54,079 nucleotides of DNA, taken from a virus (taxonomy: Duplodnaviria; Caudoviricetes). The notes under the pieces are model-generated. The model was not told the origin of the DNA and did no database searches. It was given only the letters and a program-made list of their open reading frames with translations. Shown one piece after another: positions 8,445 to 18,259 of this stretch. Position numbers and translations under genes: made by a program. The DNA is taken from the IMG/VR virus record IMGVR_UViG_3300048999_000082, positions 1-54,079 of that record. One strand, given 5' to 3'. Position 1 is the first letter of the stretch. Each line of letters opens with the position of its first letter.

Positions 8445-10619
8445 TCAACGAACTACTCGCTGTTTCCTTGACCGAACGTTGCTCATTTCCAACGTCCGCG
8501 CACGTGCACCACCGTCCGCGACCACAGGCATGATGTACACTCGTTCTTTACCTCGTCCCGTGGGTTTTTCCGCCACGAAACCAGCATCTACTGCTTCTTT
8601 AATACACTCCATAACCTTGGTTCGATTGGACCCCAACACACCCGCTTTTTGACATTCCCTGGCCAACGCGTTCTTATTAAAAACACCTTCATTTTCACGC
8701 ACCAATGTCTGGATAACTTCAATGGCCGAGGTGAATTTGTTCATTTCCTTACCCCCCGTGCCCAATGTCATGCGACGCGTTGCCTCATCGAAATTCAACC
8801 GCGTGGTTTCCATCCCCACACCCCGCCCGTCAACGGCCAGATACCGCAACGCACCATCGCGCGTCATGATCCACCGGGCCGATGGCCAATCGTCAACAAC
8901 GGTGGCGCCACGCGCCCGTTCAGACCCCTCGTCCATAACCGCCCGGCCGGTGTGGGTGATGACGAAACACACCGGCACGCCCGCCTGCTGTTTGATCTCG
9001 TCAATCGTGGTGAGCAAGTGCATGACCTCGCCGTTGTCATTTTCGTTCACGCCCGCCATCCGCGCGATACGGGCCAGTGAATCTATCGCCCACACCTTGA
9101 CGCCCCGTGTGGACAGCCATTCGACGGCCCATTCTTTACCTTTGTCTGATAACAGATTCATGCCGTAACCCTGTAGATTGGCAACGTACAGGTTGTCCGG
9201 TTGCTTAAATTCCGCCGGGCGGATGTAGTCGTCGACAAGTTCACGGGCCGTCATTTCACAGTTCCAGTGACCGGCAATTAACCCCCCCATACCTGACCCC
9301 GCTCGCACGTCATCGGTGATGTGTACGTCACGTTCACCTAAAAACGGCACACCGTCCGTGAGTGACCGCAGCAGATTAGAAACCACAAACGTCGTCTTAC
9401 CTGTTTTGTACTGTGCCGTCACAATGACGTTGTGATCCACACCGACGATGCCATCTATCAGATGTTTTTGTTCTGTCGGTGGATTGGCCAGCGCGTATCC
9501 CGCGTCCCACGACACATCCGCCGGGGGTGAGATGAACCGTTCGGTGGCGATAAATTGGTTCGCTTCAAAATCCGCGCGCTTGCGTTGAACTATTTTCCAC
9601 GCGTCAGACGATAAACCTGTCTCCACAACAGCTTCAAAAATCCCGTCGCCGTCAATATCTGACCCGCGTTCCGCGCCATCACCCCCGGCACCACCGTTAA
9701 ATCGCTTGGCTAAAATGCGAGCCACGTCCGCGTGTACGTCATATCCGCGCTCGTCATTTTCTTTATCCACCGCAGCAGGGAATTCGTCCATCAGGGTGTG
9801 GATCTGATCGTCGGTGAGCCCGTACTCTACAAGATCGCCTACGGCGCCATTGACCGCGTGGTATCGCTTCCCCCACCGGTCGATAGCGGCAGTGGTGGAC
9901 ATCCGTACGGTTGACCGGATGCGACCTTGACGCAGCAGATGACCTACCTTAACTTTTTTCCACGCTTTGTCCGCGCGCGTTGGTCGCACCTGCTCCGTAT
10001 GCACGTTCACCGCGTGGCCCGTGACATCCGCCAGTACCCCTGTAAGGCGCGTGAGATCCACCGTGCGGCGTGATGCCACACCCACCCGTACGTCCGTCGC
10101 CGGGGTGTGTTTGTGGTTCACCGTGCCCGGGATACGTAACAGCGCGTTGGATGACACAAGCTTTGGGTCGCCGCCCAGCCATTCGCGTAATGCTATGTTG
10201 ATTCCCCTGTGTTCGCCAGCGGTTAGTTCACGGTTGAGCTTAAAATACACGTGGTAATTACCTGTGGTGCCACTTTCAATGAGACGGGCGCCCCACGCAA
10301 TCAGCCGTTCGCGTTGGTCGTCAGTGATTGGCTTGTCTATGTCCGCCCACACCACGCGTACGTTGGTTGGGGCATTTTCTATTGACCGTTCGCGGTTGTC
10401 CCGGAGCAAGGGGCAATAAAAAACCTCGACACGTTTATCACTTGACACGACAGATTGAATGTCTGTGAGCAGCCGGCCCCGTTGGATCGGCCATTGGTAA
10501 AACCTGTGGGTCATTTTGCCGGTGTCACGGTTGAGTAGTCCCACAGCTACAAAACCCGTGTTGGTCCCGTACGCCCATCGCAAATGCTCGGCCGCTTCGG
10601 CACGATTGAATTCAGCCAT
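8445..10619 (-). CDS. DNA primase-helicase (RepB-like primase, AAA_25 helicase, C-terminal wHTH)
   Basis: VVWADID, SGTTGNYHVY and LLRIPGTVNHK primase motifs; Walker A AQYKTGKT; Walker B WAIDS; ITHT and RARG motifs. Confidence 0.9.
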   Translation of the reverse strand: MAEFNRAEAAEHLRWAYGTNTGFVAVGLLNRDTGKMTHRFYQWPIQRGRLLTDIQSVVSSDKRVEVFYCPLLRDNRERSIENAPTNVRVVWADIDKPITDDQRERLIAWGARLIESGTTGNYHVYFKLNRELTAGEHRGINIALREWLGGDPKLVSSNALLRIPGTVNHKHTPATDVRVGVASRRTVDLTRLTGVLADVTGHAVNVHTEQVRPTRADKAWKKVKVGHLLRQGRIRSTVRMSTTAAIDRWGKRYHAVNGAVGDLVEYGLTDDQIHTLMDEFPAAVDKENDERGYDVHADVARILAKRFNGGAGGDGAERGSDIDGDGIFEAVVETGLSSDAWKIVQRKRADFEANQFIATERFISPPADVSWDAGYALANPPTEQKHLIDGIVGVDHNVIVTAQYKTGKTTFVVSNLLRSLTDGVPFLGERDVHITDDVRAGSGMGGLIAGHWNCEMTARELVDDYIRPAEFKQPDNLYVANLQGYGMNLLSDKGKEWAVEWLSTRGVKVWAIDSLARIARMAGVNENDNGEVMHLLTTIDEIKQQAGVPVCFVITHTGRAVMDEGSERARGATVVDDWPSARWIMTRDGALRYLAVDGRGVGMETTRLNFDEATRRMTLGTGGKEMNKFTSAIEVIQTLVRENEGVFNKNALARECQKAGVLGSNRTKVMECIKEAVDAGFVAEKPTGRGKERVYIMPVVADGGARARTLEMSNVRSRKQRVVR

Positions 10620-10908
10620 TAACTGACACCCGCGCCGGACGCTTGTCACCGTTCACATAATGTTCTGCGTATGGTCTTGACAGGACATCCGGATCAAACA
10701 GGTTAGTAATGGATTCACCCAAGATTTCGGGCAACACCTGTCGTAGATGATCGCAAGGATGAGCCCAGCCATACACACATCCGCGCATGTGCGTATACGT
10801 CACCCCGGTTTCTTCAGCCAATCGAGACACAGACCATCGTTCACCTATCATCACTTGTCTAATCGGCTGGGTTTTACCTGTAAGCATATGGGGGTTCCCT
10901 TCGGCCAT
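10612..10908 (-). CDS. XRE/Cro-like HTH DNA-binding protein
   Basis: WSVSRLAEETGVTYTHMRGCVYGWAHP; lies at the divergence point of transcription. Confidence 0.8.
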   Translation of the reverse strand: MAEGNPHMLTGKTQPIRQVMIGERWSVSRLAEETGVTYTHMRGCVYGWAHPCDHLRQVLPEILGESITNLFDPDVLSRPYAEHYVNGDKRPARVSVNG

Positions 10909-11019
10909 ATAACGTTGAATGGGCCATGGTACAACTGATCATGGCTCAATGACACCGCTCCCCGTTTGTCTGTCACAATGTGGACCGCACATCACCCATT
11001 TACGTTTGGAGCATTAAAA

Positions 11020-11205
11020 ATGACGACATCGATCGGCACGCCTGTGGTGGTAAAAACACTCGGGGGTAATCGGTCACCTGGCCGTGTGGTAAAAGTCGAC
11101 GATGATAAAAACCGGGTCATGATCCAGGTGGAATATCCCGGCGGAGCGACCACGCGTAAATGGTTCCCGGCCACCTCGGATAAATGGGAGGCGGTCACGG
11201 CATGA
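11020..11205 (+). CDS. small SH3/KOW-like protein
   Basis: IGTPVVV...GRVVKV...VMIQVEY...KWF beta-barrel pattern; GGAG RBS. Confidence 0.6.
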   Translation: MTTSIGTPVVVKTLGGNRSPGRVVKVDDDKNRVMIQVEYPGGATTRKWFPATSDKWEAVTA

Positions 11206-11546
11206 TGCCGGAACTACATTGCCTGTACTGTGGTAAAAATTCATCTCGGCCGCAGGTGATGCGGTTGATCATGCGGCGGTTGCCCGCGCCCACCGGATCA
11301 TTGCCCACACCTATACTGTGGTATCAATGCCGGTCGGGAATTCTGTGTGACCAGCGCACAACTAAACGTCGGTGGGACCCAGAAACATTTTGCATTTACT
11401 GTCAAAAGCAATACGCAACTATCCACACGTTTCATCGGCACGTGCTTAACCGGCACGCCGGGTCTCTCCGTGCATGGTTGATGATGATTGACGACGAGCG
11501 ACGGGCAATTATGTCCGCGTTACGTAACCCCCAGAAAGGTTCATGA
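11202..11546 (+). CDS. zinc-finger protein with a classical C2H2 motif
   Basis: CIYCQKQYATIHTFHRHVLNRH, plus N-terminal CLYC...C-x5-C. Confidence 0.7.
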   Translation: MMPELHCLYCGKNSSRPQVMRLIMRRLPAPTGSLPTPILWYQCRSGILCDQRTTKRRWDPETFCIYCQKQYATIHTFHRHVLNRHAGSLRAWLMMIDDERRAIMSALRNPQKGS

Positions 11547-11547
11547 C

Positions 11548-11886
11548 ATGTCTGTATCCACACCCAGCGTGGCTGAAATCTGTGATACCGCCGCTGAACT
11601 GATCGTTGAAAAAGGTTGGTGGGACGGTAGGAAAATGTCGAACGGTTGTTTTTGCTTGGTCACGTCTGTGGTGACGGCAACGTCAAAACTCATGCCGTCT
11701 ATCCCCACACACACCGAACGAACTGACGCCATTGAGGTTGAATCGCTGGCCTTTAACGCGATCAAGCGGCAGGTGTGGCCAGACATCGAGCCAGTTGAAC
11801 GGGTTGGGATGTCTCTCGCTGACTGGAACGACAACCACACCGAAGCTGATGTTGTGCGTGTGTTGCGTGAGGCGGCCGCATCATGA
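11548..11886 (+). CDS. DUF6197-like actinophage protein
   Basis: AAELIVEKGW...CFCL...WND...VVRVLREAA pattern. Confidence 0.65.
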   Translation: MSVSTPSVAEICDTAAELIVEKGWWDGRKMSNGCFCLVTSVVTATSKLMPSIPTHTERTDAIEVESLAFNAIKRQVWPDIEPVERVGMSLADWNDNHTEADVVRVLREAAAS

Positions 11887-12158
11887 AGGTTGTCGAACAC
11901 GTATCCTTTGATCTTCAGGAATATCCCGGCGAAACCATCGTGTCGAATATCCGGCTGTCCATAGATCAGGATGGACCGATGCTGGGTAAAGCCAAATTCT
12001 ACGTCGAGATAAAAACCATCCCGTGGTTAGTCGACGATATACTTGAGAAGCCAAAACCCCGCGCACAATACGAACTGACATTCACCCGTATTGACGGGAT
12101 GTTTGAACTACGCGTATTGACCAGCTATTTCACCGCGACAAAAATTGACCCGACGTGA
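11883..12158 (+). CDS. hypothetical protein
   Basis: ATGA coupling. Confidence 0.65.
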   Translation: MKVVEHVSFDLQEYPGETIVSNIRLSIDQDGPMLGKAKFYVEIKTIPWLVDDILEKPKPRAQYELTFTRIDGMFELRVLTSYFTATKIDPT

Positions 12159-12619
12159 CCGCGACGCTGATCACCCCGCCGTCTATTCACTCGCTGATGC
12201 TTGACCCGGTGTACGCCAAATTCATGAAGACAATTCCACGGCTTCCTGAATCTATCTCGCACGGCAATCCATGGCAGGTGTGGGTCCAGCGGGATAACGG
12301 TAAATGGGCCACCACACGCACCCCCACGTATCGCGACGCGTGGAGTCATTTTCGCCGGGCGTACGACAACCCAGACGCGTTCATCGACGTGGCTATCACA
12401 TCGCGTCGCCGGTTTTTCGGGCCGCCCGCACATTACGTCTGGGACGTGAATGCGTACCCGTGGTGCCCGCGTTGCCGGCGCCCTTCCGTGTTTCACGAGA
12501 CGATGGTTCACCATGCGCTTAAATTCTCATCGGTTATTTCGTCGGACGAGCCGTATCGGTGTCATTTCTGTGGGATCCGGAAAGCCATCGTGGGGACGTA
12601 CAATGCCCATCATGGCTGA
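12155..12619 (+). CDS. zinc-ribbon protein
   Basis: WCPRCRRP...CHFCG; GTGA coupling. Confidence 0.75.
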   Translation: MTATLITPPSIHSLMLDPVYAKFMKTIPRLPESISHGNPWQVWVQRDNGKWATTRTPTYRDAWSHFRRAYDNPDAFIDVAITSRRRFFGPPAHYVWDVNAYPWCPRCRRPSVFHETMVHHALKFSSVISSDEPYRCHFCGIRKAIVGTYNAHHG

Positions 12620-12794
12620 TGACGATGTAATCGGTGAACGCGCGTCGATGGATGACCGCGTTACTCTTGTCGAGGCTCTCCACACCATCGCCGTAGAATC
12701 AGAAGAGGCCGACATCGTCCGGATAGCTATGTCCGCGCTGACCGGCACAGACATCGGTCAGGCGTATCTCCGCACCAATCCGATTAAGTATTGA
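12612..12794 (+). CDS. small acidic hypothetical protein
   Basis: MADDDVIGER... overlaps the previous stop. Confidence 0.6.
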   Translation: MADDDVIGERASMDDRVTLVEALHTIAVESEEADIVRIAMSALTGTDIGQAYLRTNPIKY

Positions 12795-12800
12795 GGTACC

Positions 12801-13013
12801 ATGCCAAAGGTAAAAGAAATTCATGAGATGGACGAAATTTGTCTCGGCATGCTGAAAATGACAGCCCAAGGAAAAACACACGTGCAGATCGCGTTTCATT
12901 TCATGGTGTCCACCCGCACCGTTCGCCGGTATCTTGACTACATCAATCGACAGTTCGGCGTACGTACCACAATCGAGGCCGTGGTATACGCAGTTAAGAA
13001 AGGATTGATATGA
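12801..13013 (+). CDS. stand-alone LuxR-type HTH regulator
   Basis: AQGKTHVQIA...VSTRTVRRYL...FGVRT..EAVVYAVKKGLI. Confidence 0.9.
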   Translation: MPKVKEIHEMDEICLGMLKMTAQGKTHVQIAFHFMVSTRTVRRYLDYINRQFGVRTTIEAVVYAVKKGLI

Positions 13014-13315
13014 CACACAAAGACGAAGCATTTGACCGGGCCATGAAACAACTCGAACGTGTGCAGACCGAAAAGTTCCAATGGCTTTCATCATACGAAT
13101 ATCTACGTGACGCGATCATCGGATCCTTCAATCCGCCCGATGAAGACGCGGCCGAAGATTCAGTCATGAAAGACGCCATCACCCGAGCTTTTAATTTCAT
13201 TGAGACCACACCATGCGCGTGTACATGGCATGAAGAACCCAATGAAGATGTGTGCGACACCTGCAAACGATGCGAGGTATTGGGCCGCGAATTTGACGTG
13301 ATGGTCGAGCGTTGA
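13010..13315 (+). CDS. hypothetical protein, Cys-rich C-terminus
   Basis: CAC...CDTCKRC; coupled to genes on both sides. Confidence 0.7.
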   Translation: MTHKDEAFDRAMKQLERVQTEKFQWLSSYEYLRDAIIGSFNPPDEDAAEDSVMKDAITRAFNFIETTPCACTWHEEPNEDVCDTCKRCEVLGREFDVMVER

Positions 13316-14820
13316 AATACAAGTTCCGCACCAAGCCGTATGCACACCAGGTCCGTGCATTGCGATTTCTCATCCGCCACAAAGGCGGCGCGTTGTTGAT
13401 GGAACCGCGCACCGGTAAGACAAAAACCACAGTGGACTACGCATCTATGTTAGCAACGGCCGGCCGCATTAACCGCATGGTTGTCGTGTGTCCGGCGCGC
13501 GTGATGGGGGTGTGGATTGAAGAGTTCCACCGGCATTCCCCGTTGCTGGTCAACATCATTCTGTGGGATGCCGACGCACGTCAGGCTGCAATACCAAAGC
13601 CATCGGGTCATTACGACCTACACGTGTTGTTGGTGAATTACGAGGCGTTCCAGGTACCGGGTAAAAAACTTCCGTCCGGGCGCCGGTCATCATCCACCGG
13701 CCGGTTTAAATCCCGTAAGAGATTGCGTGCATGGCTCGACGGTAAACCGGCGTTATGTGTGCTGGATGAGAGCCACAAGATCAAATCCCCGTCGTCAAAG
13801 GCCGGCACCATGCTGGTGTCCATGCGCGACGATTTTACGTACCGCATGATCTTGACCGGCACACCCCAGACAAAAGCCAAACGCGTCATTGACATCTACA
13901 TGCAATGGCAATTTCTAAACCCCGCACGGTTCGCCCACGTACCCACGTCGCAAGAATTCAAGAACCATTATGGGAACTGGGTTACTGTCGGGGGTAACGG
14001 ATTCTCATACCCAAAATGGACCGGGCCGGCGAACCTCAAAGAATTGAAACAACTCATCCATCGGGATTCATTCGCGGTCAAACGTGACGACTGTTTTGAC
14101 CTGCCCCCAAAAGATGTACGCATTGTCCACACCCCGCTCACCGATTCACGCCAAGCGTACAAGGACATGGCGAAAGAAATGGTCCACCAAATCTCCACGG
14201 GTGAGATCACCGAAGCCACCATCGCGTTAACCCAGGCGTTGCGATTGTCGCAGATCACAGGTGGTAACGCGGGCATGCAAGACATTGTGTTGGACCCGCG
14301 TACCGGCGCAGCCAAACGTAAATCGTGGTCGGTTCGTATCGGCCATGAAAAGTTGAATGCGTTGCGGGAGATGTTGGAAGACGAGATTTTTGACCGGGAT
14401 GACAAAGTCGTTATCGCTGCCCGGTTCAACCCGGATCTTGACGCCATCCGTGACCTGTGTAAAAAAATCGGTATCACGGTGTATGAGTTGCGTGGCGGTA
14501 TGAAACGCGGTGACACCGATCAAGCCATTCGGAACTTCCGGGATGACGATGGTCCGGCCGCGTTCATCATGCAACCGGGCGCCGGATCATTGGGCATTGA
14601 CCTCTCAACGGCCGCACACATGGTGTGGTACTCGATGACGGCATCATGGGTGGATTACACCCAAGCGTGCGACAGAATCGCTCTCAGCCGCCGTTCCACC
14701 ACGTTTACGTATCTCATCGCTCCTGGCACGGTGGACGAACTCCTATACGAAACATTGCAGACCGATGGTGAAGTTTCCCGCGCAATTCTCGACAAGCCCG
14801 AGCGATTGTTGTTGGATTGA
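13312..14820 (+). CDS. SNF2-family DNA helicase
   Basis: KPYAHQ, EPRTGKT, LDESH, LTGTP, GIDL and QACDRI motifs. Confidence 0.93.
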   Translation: MKYKFRTKPYAHQVRALRFLIRHKGGALLMEPRTGKTKTTVDYASMLATAGRINRMVVVCPARVMGVWIEEFHRHSPLLVNIILWDADARQAAIPKPSGHYDLHVLLVNYEAFQVPGKKLPSGRRSSSTGRFKSRKRLRAWLDGKPALCVLDESHKIKSPSSKAGTMLVSMRDDFTYRMILTGTPQTKAKRVIDIYMQWQFLNPARFAHVPTSQEFKNHYGNWVTVGGNGFSYPKWTGPANLKELKQLIHRDSFAVKRDDCFDLPPKDVRIVHTPLTDSRQAYKDMAKEMVHQISTGEITEATIALTQALRLSQITGGNAGMQDIVLDPRTGAAKRKSWSVRIGHEKLNALREMLEDEIFDRDDKVVIAARFNPDLDAIRDLCKKIGITVYELRGGMKRGDTDQAIRNFRDDDGPAAFIMQPGAGSLGIDLSTAAHMVWYSMTASWVDYTQACDRIALSRRSTTFTYLIAPGTVDELLYETLQTDGEVSRAILDKPERLLLD

Positions 14821-14846
14821 CGAACCTAACACGCCATCCATAAAAT
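14817..14846 (+). promoter_or_regulatory. SigA-type promoter for the nucleotide-modification/polymerase operon
   Basis: TTGACG-18 nt-TAAAAT, then GGAGG RBS and ATG at 14879. Confidence 0.75.
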
Positions 14847-14878
14847 GGACACGTACACGACACCCATGGAGGTTTTGC

Positions 14879-15454
14879 ATGCCCCGAAACTTGTTGATTG
14901 AAGGGCCGGACGGGTCCGGTAAATCAACGCTCATTCGGCAGTTCACCGAACGATTCCCCGTACCCGTGCATCCGCGCGCGTGCACATCAACGGGTGGACC
15001 GGTCGACAATCTGTGTGACTGGGCGATGAACGATATTGCCGAACAGGACAAAAATTCCGGTTGGCTTGGCGCTGACGGCCACACCCCAACCACCCAGTTG
15101 TACGACCGGCATCCCGGAATCTCGGAACTGGTGTACGGGCCGATCTGTCGCGACAAGGTCGCCGTGGGTTTTGACAACTGGGGAAACCGCGACGAAATTC
15201 TGCACGGTATCCAGCGCAACATGTTCATCATCTGGTGTTTGCCCCCGGCAAAGGTCGTCGCGAACAACGTCATGAAACAGGTTGATAACCACATGTCAGG
15301 TGTGGCGTCGAACATCAGCGCGATCTATTCCGCGTACCGTCTATGGACGATGATCTACCACGGCGGATCATTCGTGTACGACTACACCAACGACTCACAC
15401 GCGAAAATCATCGAAGCCATTATGGCTGCCGAACTGGGGATCCTCCATGACTGA
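14879..15454 (+). CDS. dNMP (thymidylate-kinase-like) kinase
   Basis: LLIEGPDGSGKST P-loop; LYDRH...SELVYG motif. Confidence 0.88.
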   Translation: MPRNLLIEGPDGSGKSTLIRQFTERFPVPVHPRACTSTGGPVDNLCDWAMNDIAEQDKNSGWLGADGHTPTTQLYDRHPGISELVYGPICRDKVAVGFDNWGNRDEILHGIQRNMFIIWCLPPAKVVANNVMKQVDNHMSGVASNISAIYSAYRLWTMIYHGGSFVYDYTNDSHAKIIEAIMAAELGILHD

Positions 15455-15968
15455 CACCCGTCCCACGACTGACCGGCACGATATCTTGACGGATATCATG
15501 CGTCGGCAGCGGGAACTTCAAATGATCATCAACGGTCATGACCCCCAGTATTCGAGAGATAAAATCCAAGACATTCGCATCAATATCTTGGCCGCCATCG
15601 CCGAACTCATCGAGATGTTGGATGAAATTCCGTGGAAACCGTGGTCTGCCTCTACTGAATTTCGTCGTGACGCATTCGTGTCTGAAGGCATTGACGTAAT
15701 GCACTTCCTCGTCAACATGTTCTTGATCGCTGGTGCCACCCCCGATGAGATTCACACCAAGTACGTTGCCAAGAACGAACTGAACCGCAAACGTCAAGCC
15801 GATGGTTATGACGGGTCCAACAAATGCCCCGGGTGCCACCGCGCGTACGACGATGAAGCCGTTAAATGCGAACTGCCATCGGTTGATGACGGTGTGGATA
15901 TGCATTGGTGCGAGGCGAAAAACGATTACGTGAACCCTGACGGTTCCGTGCACGTGGATGAGCGGTGA
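15447..15968 (+). CDS. all-alpha dNTP pyrophosphatase (dimeric dUTPase / T4 gp56 dCTPase type) with Cys-rich tail
   Basis: ELIEMLDE..WKPW...EGIDVMHF...KNELNRKRQ; CPGC...C...C tail. Confidence 0.88.
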   Translation: MTDTRPTTDRHDILTDIMRRQRELQMIINGHDPQYSRDKIQDIRINILAAIAELIEMLDEIPWKPWSASTEFRRDAFVSEGIDVMHFLVNMFLIAGATPDEIHTKYVAKNELNRKRQADGYDGSNKCPGCHRAYDDEAVKCELPSVDDGVDMHWCEAKNDYVNPDGSVHVDER

Positions 15969-16933
15969 TCCACGGCTTCAATTACCCATCGGCAACCGCG
16001 TTGCATGACGGCATGTGTCGCCGGTTGATGATGGGTACGAGATTTAATCGTGATTTTGACTGGGTGCACGGGACGGAGGTCGGCCTGCACAACGTGACGA
16101 CATTCGCGCCGTCATTCGAATGGGAATTCAACCTACGGAATCTGTGGATTCCCCGGTCTCGGTGGACCATGATGGTTAGGCAATACCTGAACCCCGATGA
16201 ACTAAACCCGTGGCTCGACCTCATCGAATCCCGGATGTCATCACGCAACGGTCGTGGTCTGGCCGTGCTGCGTACGAACCATGTTCAAGGCCGGGGTAAC
16301 GGCAAGCATGTACGCCGGCGCTTCGGGTCATGCATGTTGAACTTCACTTTTCGCCGCAACCCGTATCCCCAGTTGTCGATGCATTCTCGCACGACGTATT
16401 TCGGTTACCTCGCCGCGCTTGATATCACGGTGGCGTACGCATTGGCGAAGTTGGTTGCCGAACGTATCGGTATCGAACCGGCGGGGATGTCATTTCTATG
16501 GTCCATCGAACTCGCCCAATTTCACGGGTTCCGTTCGCTGGCGTGGCCGTTAATGGATGATGAGATGCGTGAGGGGTTGATCGACAACGTCACTCGGGAA
16601 ACCCGTATGGCCATCCCAGCCACACCATCACGGCCCGGCGCACGTCCGGGATACCGCAAAGCGTTGGATGGATTCGCGCGCATCCACGCGGCCGATGAGG
16701 CCGGTAAGTTGTATGGCGACGAAGCATTTTCGTCATTCAACCGTGTACGGCGCCGGTATCATACCGAGGTGTATGGCGTTGACTACGCCGAACAGTTCGC
16801 CGGGGGATTGCGTAACGTTGGGACGTTCGCACCGTTGCCTTCGGTGGACGCGACCACGTTGGAGATTTGGCCCCACCTGAACGGAGTTGAAAATGACCGC
16901 ACCGAACCCGATGAGTTTGAAGACGACGAATGA
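15965..16933 (+). CDS. divergent thymidylate-synthase-fold protein
   Basis: GSCMLNFTF...LSMHSRTTYFGYLAALD...SFLWSIELAQFH aligns by eye with ThyA PCHAFFQF...LYQRSCDVFLGLPFN...FVWTGGDTHLY. Confidence 0.6.
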   Translation: MIHGFNYPSATALHDGMCRRLMMGTRFNRDFDWVHGTEVGLHNVTTFAPSFEWEFNLRNLWIPRSRWTMMVRQYLNPDELNPWLDLIESRMSSRNGRGLAVLRTNHVQGRGNGKHVRRRFGSCMLNFTFRRNPYPQLSMHSRTTYFGYLAALDITVAYALAKLVAERIGIEPAGMSFLWSIELAQFHGFRSLAWPLMDDEMREGLIDNVTRETRMAIPATPSRPGARPGYRKALDGFARIHAADEAGKLYGDEAFSSFNRVRRRYHTEVYGVDYAEQFAGGLRNVGTFAPLPSVDATTLEIWPHLNGVENDRTEPDEFEDDE

Positions 16934-17777
16934 GGCGTTGTTTTCCCCCCAAGATTTCGAACAGGTTTACCGTGCATTCGGAAAAATGTTGATCGACACC
17001 GACCCGATCAAAAACGACCGGTGGCAGTCCATCGACGTGTCCGAATCCAAAGCACACGACATGCACGAATTGTTGAACGTGAATCTTCACCTGGTGATTC
17101 CGTACAACCGGGCGAACCTTCACACACTCGTATCTCCGTCCACACCGTGGGCCGATGACCATTTCAGCGAACGGATCGGGGGTAAACCCACAAACCCAGG
17201 TGACACGTACGCATCGTGGCCGTGGTACAAAGGCGGGGTGGAAGACCATAAATCCACCGGTCAGTTCAGTCACACGTACATGGAGAGGTATTGGCCAAAA
17301 GAAGCCAATGGTGGGGGGATCGGGCCAGAAGATACCAACGCACCTTTTCCACACCAAGGGATCCGTTATGAATACGGAGATCTCAATGACGTGGTGAATC
17401 TACTCGTGTCGGACCGCAACACCCGCCAGGCGTTCTTACCGGTGTGGTTTCCCGAAGATACCGGCGCGGTTCACGGCGAACGGGTGCCGTGCTCGATCGG
17501 CTATCACTTCATCATCCGTAACAACCGGCTGCATTGTTTCTACACCATCCGGTCATGCGATTTTGTGCGGTACCTTCGCGATGACATTTACCTCACCGGA
17601 CGGTTGATGCAATGGGTGTGCACACAATACAACCGGCTCACCGATGACCCGTTCGACATTACCTCGAACCCGATGGTATCCGTTATTCACCCTGGCGAAC
17701 TGGTAATGAACATTTCCTCGCTGCATTGTTTTCGAGGCGATGACCACAAACTACGTGAGATCATCGGTGCGTCATGA
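16887..17777 (+). CDS. thymidylate-synthase-family enzyme, dCMP-type (hydroxymethylase-like)
   Basis: TRQA, VPC nucleophile, RSCDFVRYLRDD (Asp at the E. coli ThyA N177 position, as in T4 gp42), GELVMNISSLH. Confidence 0.88.
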   Translation: MKMTAPNPMSLKTTNEALFSPQDFEQVYRAFGKMLIDTDPIKNDRWQSIDVSESKAHDMHELLNVNLHLVIPYNRANLHTLVSPSTPWADDHFSERIGGKPTNPGDTYASWPWYKGGVEDHKSTGQFSHTYMERYWPKEANGGGIGPEDTNAPFPHQGIRYEYGDLNDVVNLLVSDRNTRQAFLPVWFPEDTGAVHGERVPCSIGYHFIIRNNRLHCFYTIRSCDFVRYLRDDIYLTGRLMQWVCTQYNRLTDDPFDITSNPMVSVIHPGELVMNISSLHCFRGDDHKLREIIGAS

Positions 17778-18259
17778 CCCGGCCAACGCAGGTTGAATCA
17801 TTGATGGAGACCGCATGGGTCTTTTCGAAACGATCCACGTGCGCACGTAAACATGTCGGTGCGGTCATCGCCCGCGAAGGGCGAATCATCGCGTCCGGAT
17901 ACAACGGCGCACCGGCCGGCCTCCCGCATTGTTTCCATTCACTCCCGGATGAGATCCTCATGCCGGGTGGTCTACCATTCATCACCCCCGAGCCATGCAC
18001 AGTCGCCACACATGCCGAAGAAAACGCGATCTTCTTTGCTGCTCGTCACGGTGTGGCTCTCGACGGCGCCACGATATTTTGCACATGCATGCCATGCCCG
18101 CGTTGCGCCCGCGCGATCATCAACGCTGGCATTACATGCGTATGGTGGGATGAGCCATTTCGGGATGTCACCGGGATGACGTTGTTAACCCAAGTCGGCA
18201 TCAAAACAATTAGTTATCAGGCGGTTGTGAATGACGCGCACGCTGTCAATTCTCCGTGA
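17774..18259 (+). CDS. dCMP deaminase
   Basis: RSTC..KHVGAVI, GYNG, HAEENAI and PCPRC zinc-deaminase motifs. Confidence 0.95.
   Translation: MTRPTQVESLMETAWVFSKRSTCARKHVGAVIAREGRIIASGYNGAPAGLPHCFHSLPDEILMPGGLPFITPEPCTVATHAEENAIFFAARHGVALDGATIFCTCMPCPRCARAIINAGITCVWWDEPFRDVTGMTLLTQVGIKTISYQAVVNDAHAVNSP

Noticed and set aside
8185-8448. ORFs over the iteron clusters (also 32053-32427 and 32164-32382)
   Set aside because: Their WYQ/GT/VP repeats are just translations of GGTACC repeats
10612-11020. Lysogeny switch
   Set aside because: A divergent HTH gene exists, but no integrase, ParA or CI-like peptidase gene was recognised anywhere
16887-17777. Ordinary ThyA thymidylate synthase
   Set aside because: Asp replaces the dUMP-selecting Asn and the LGLPFN motif is absent
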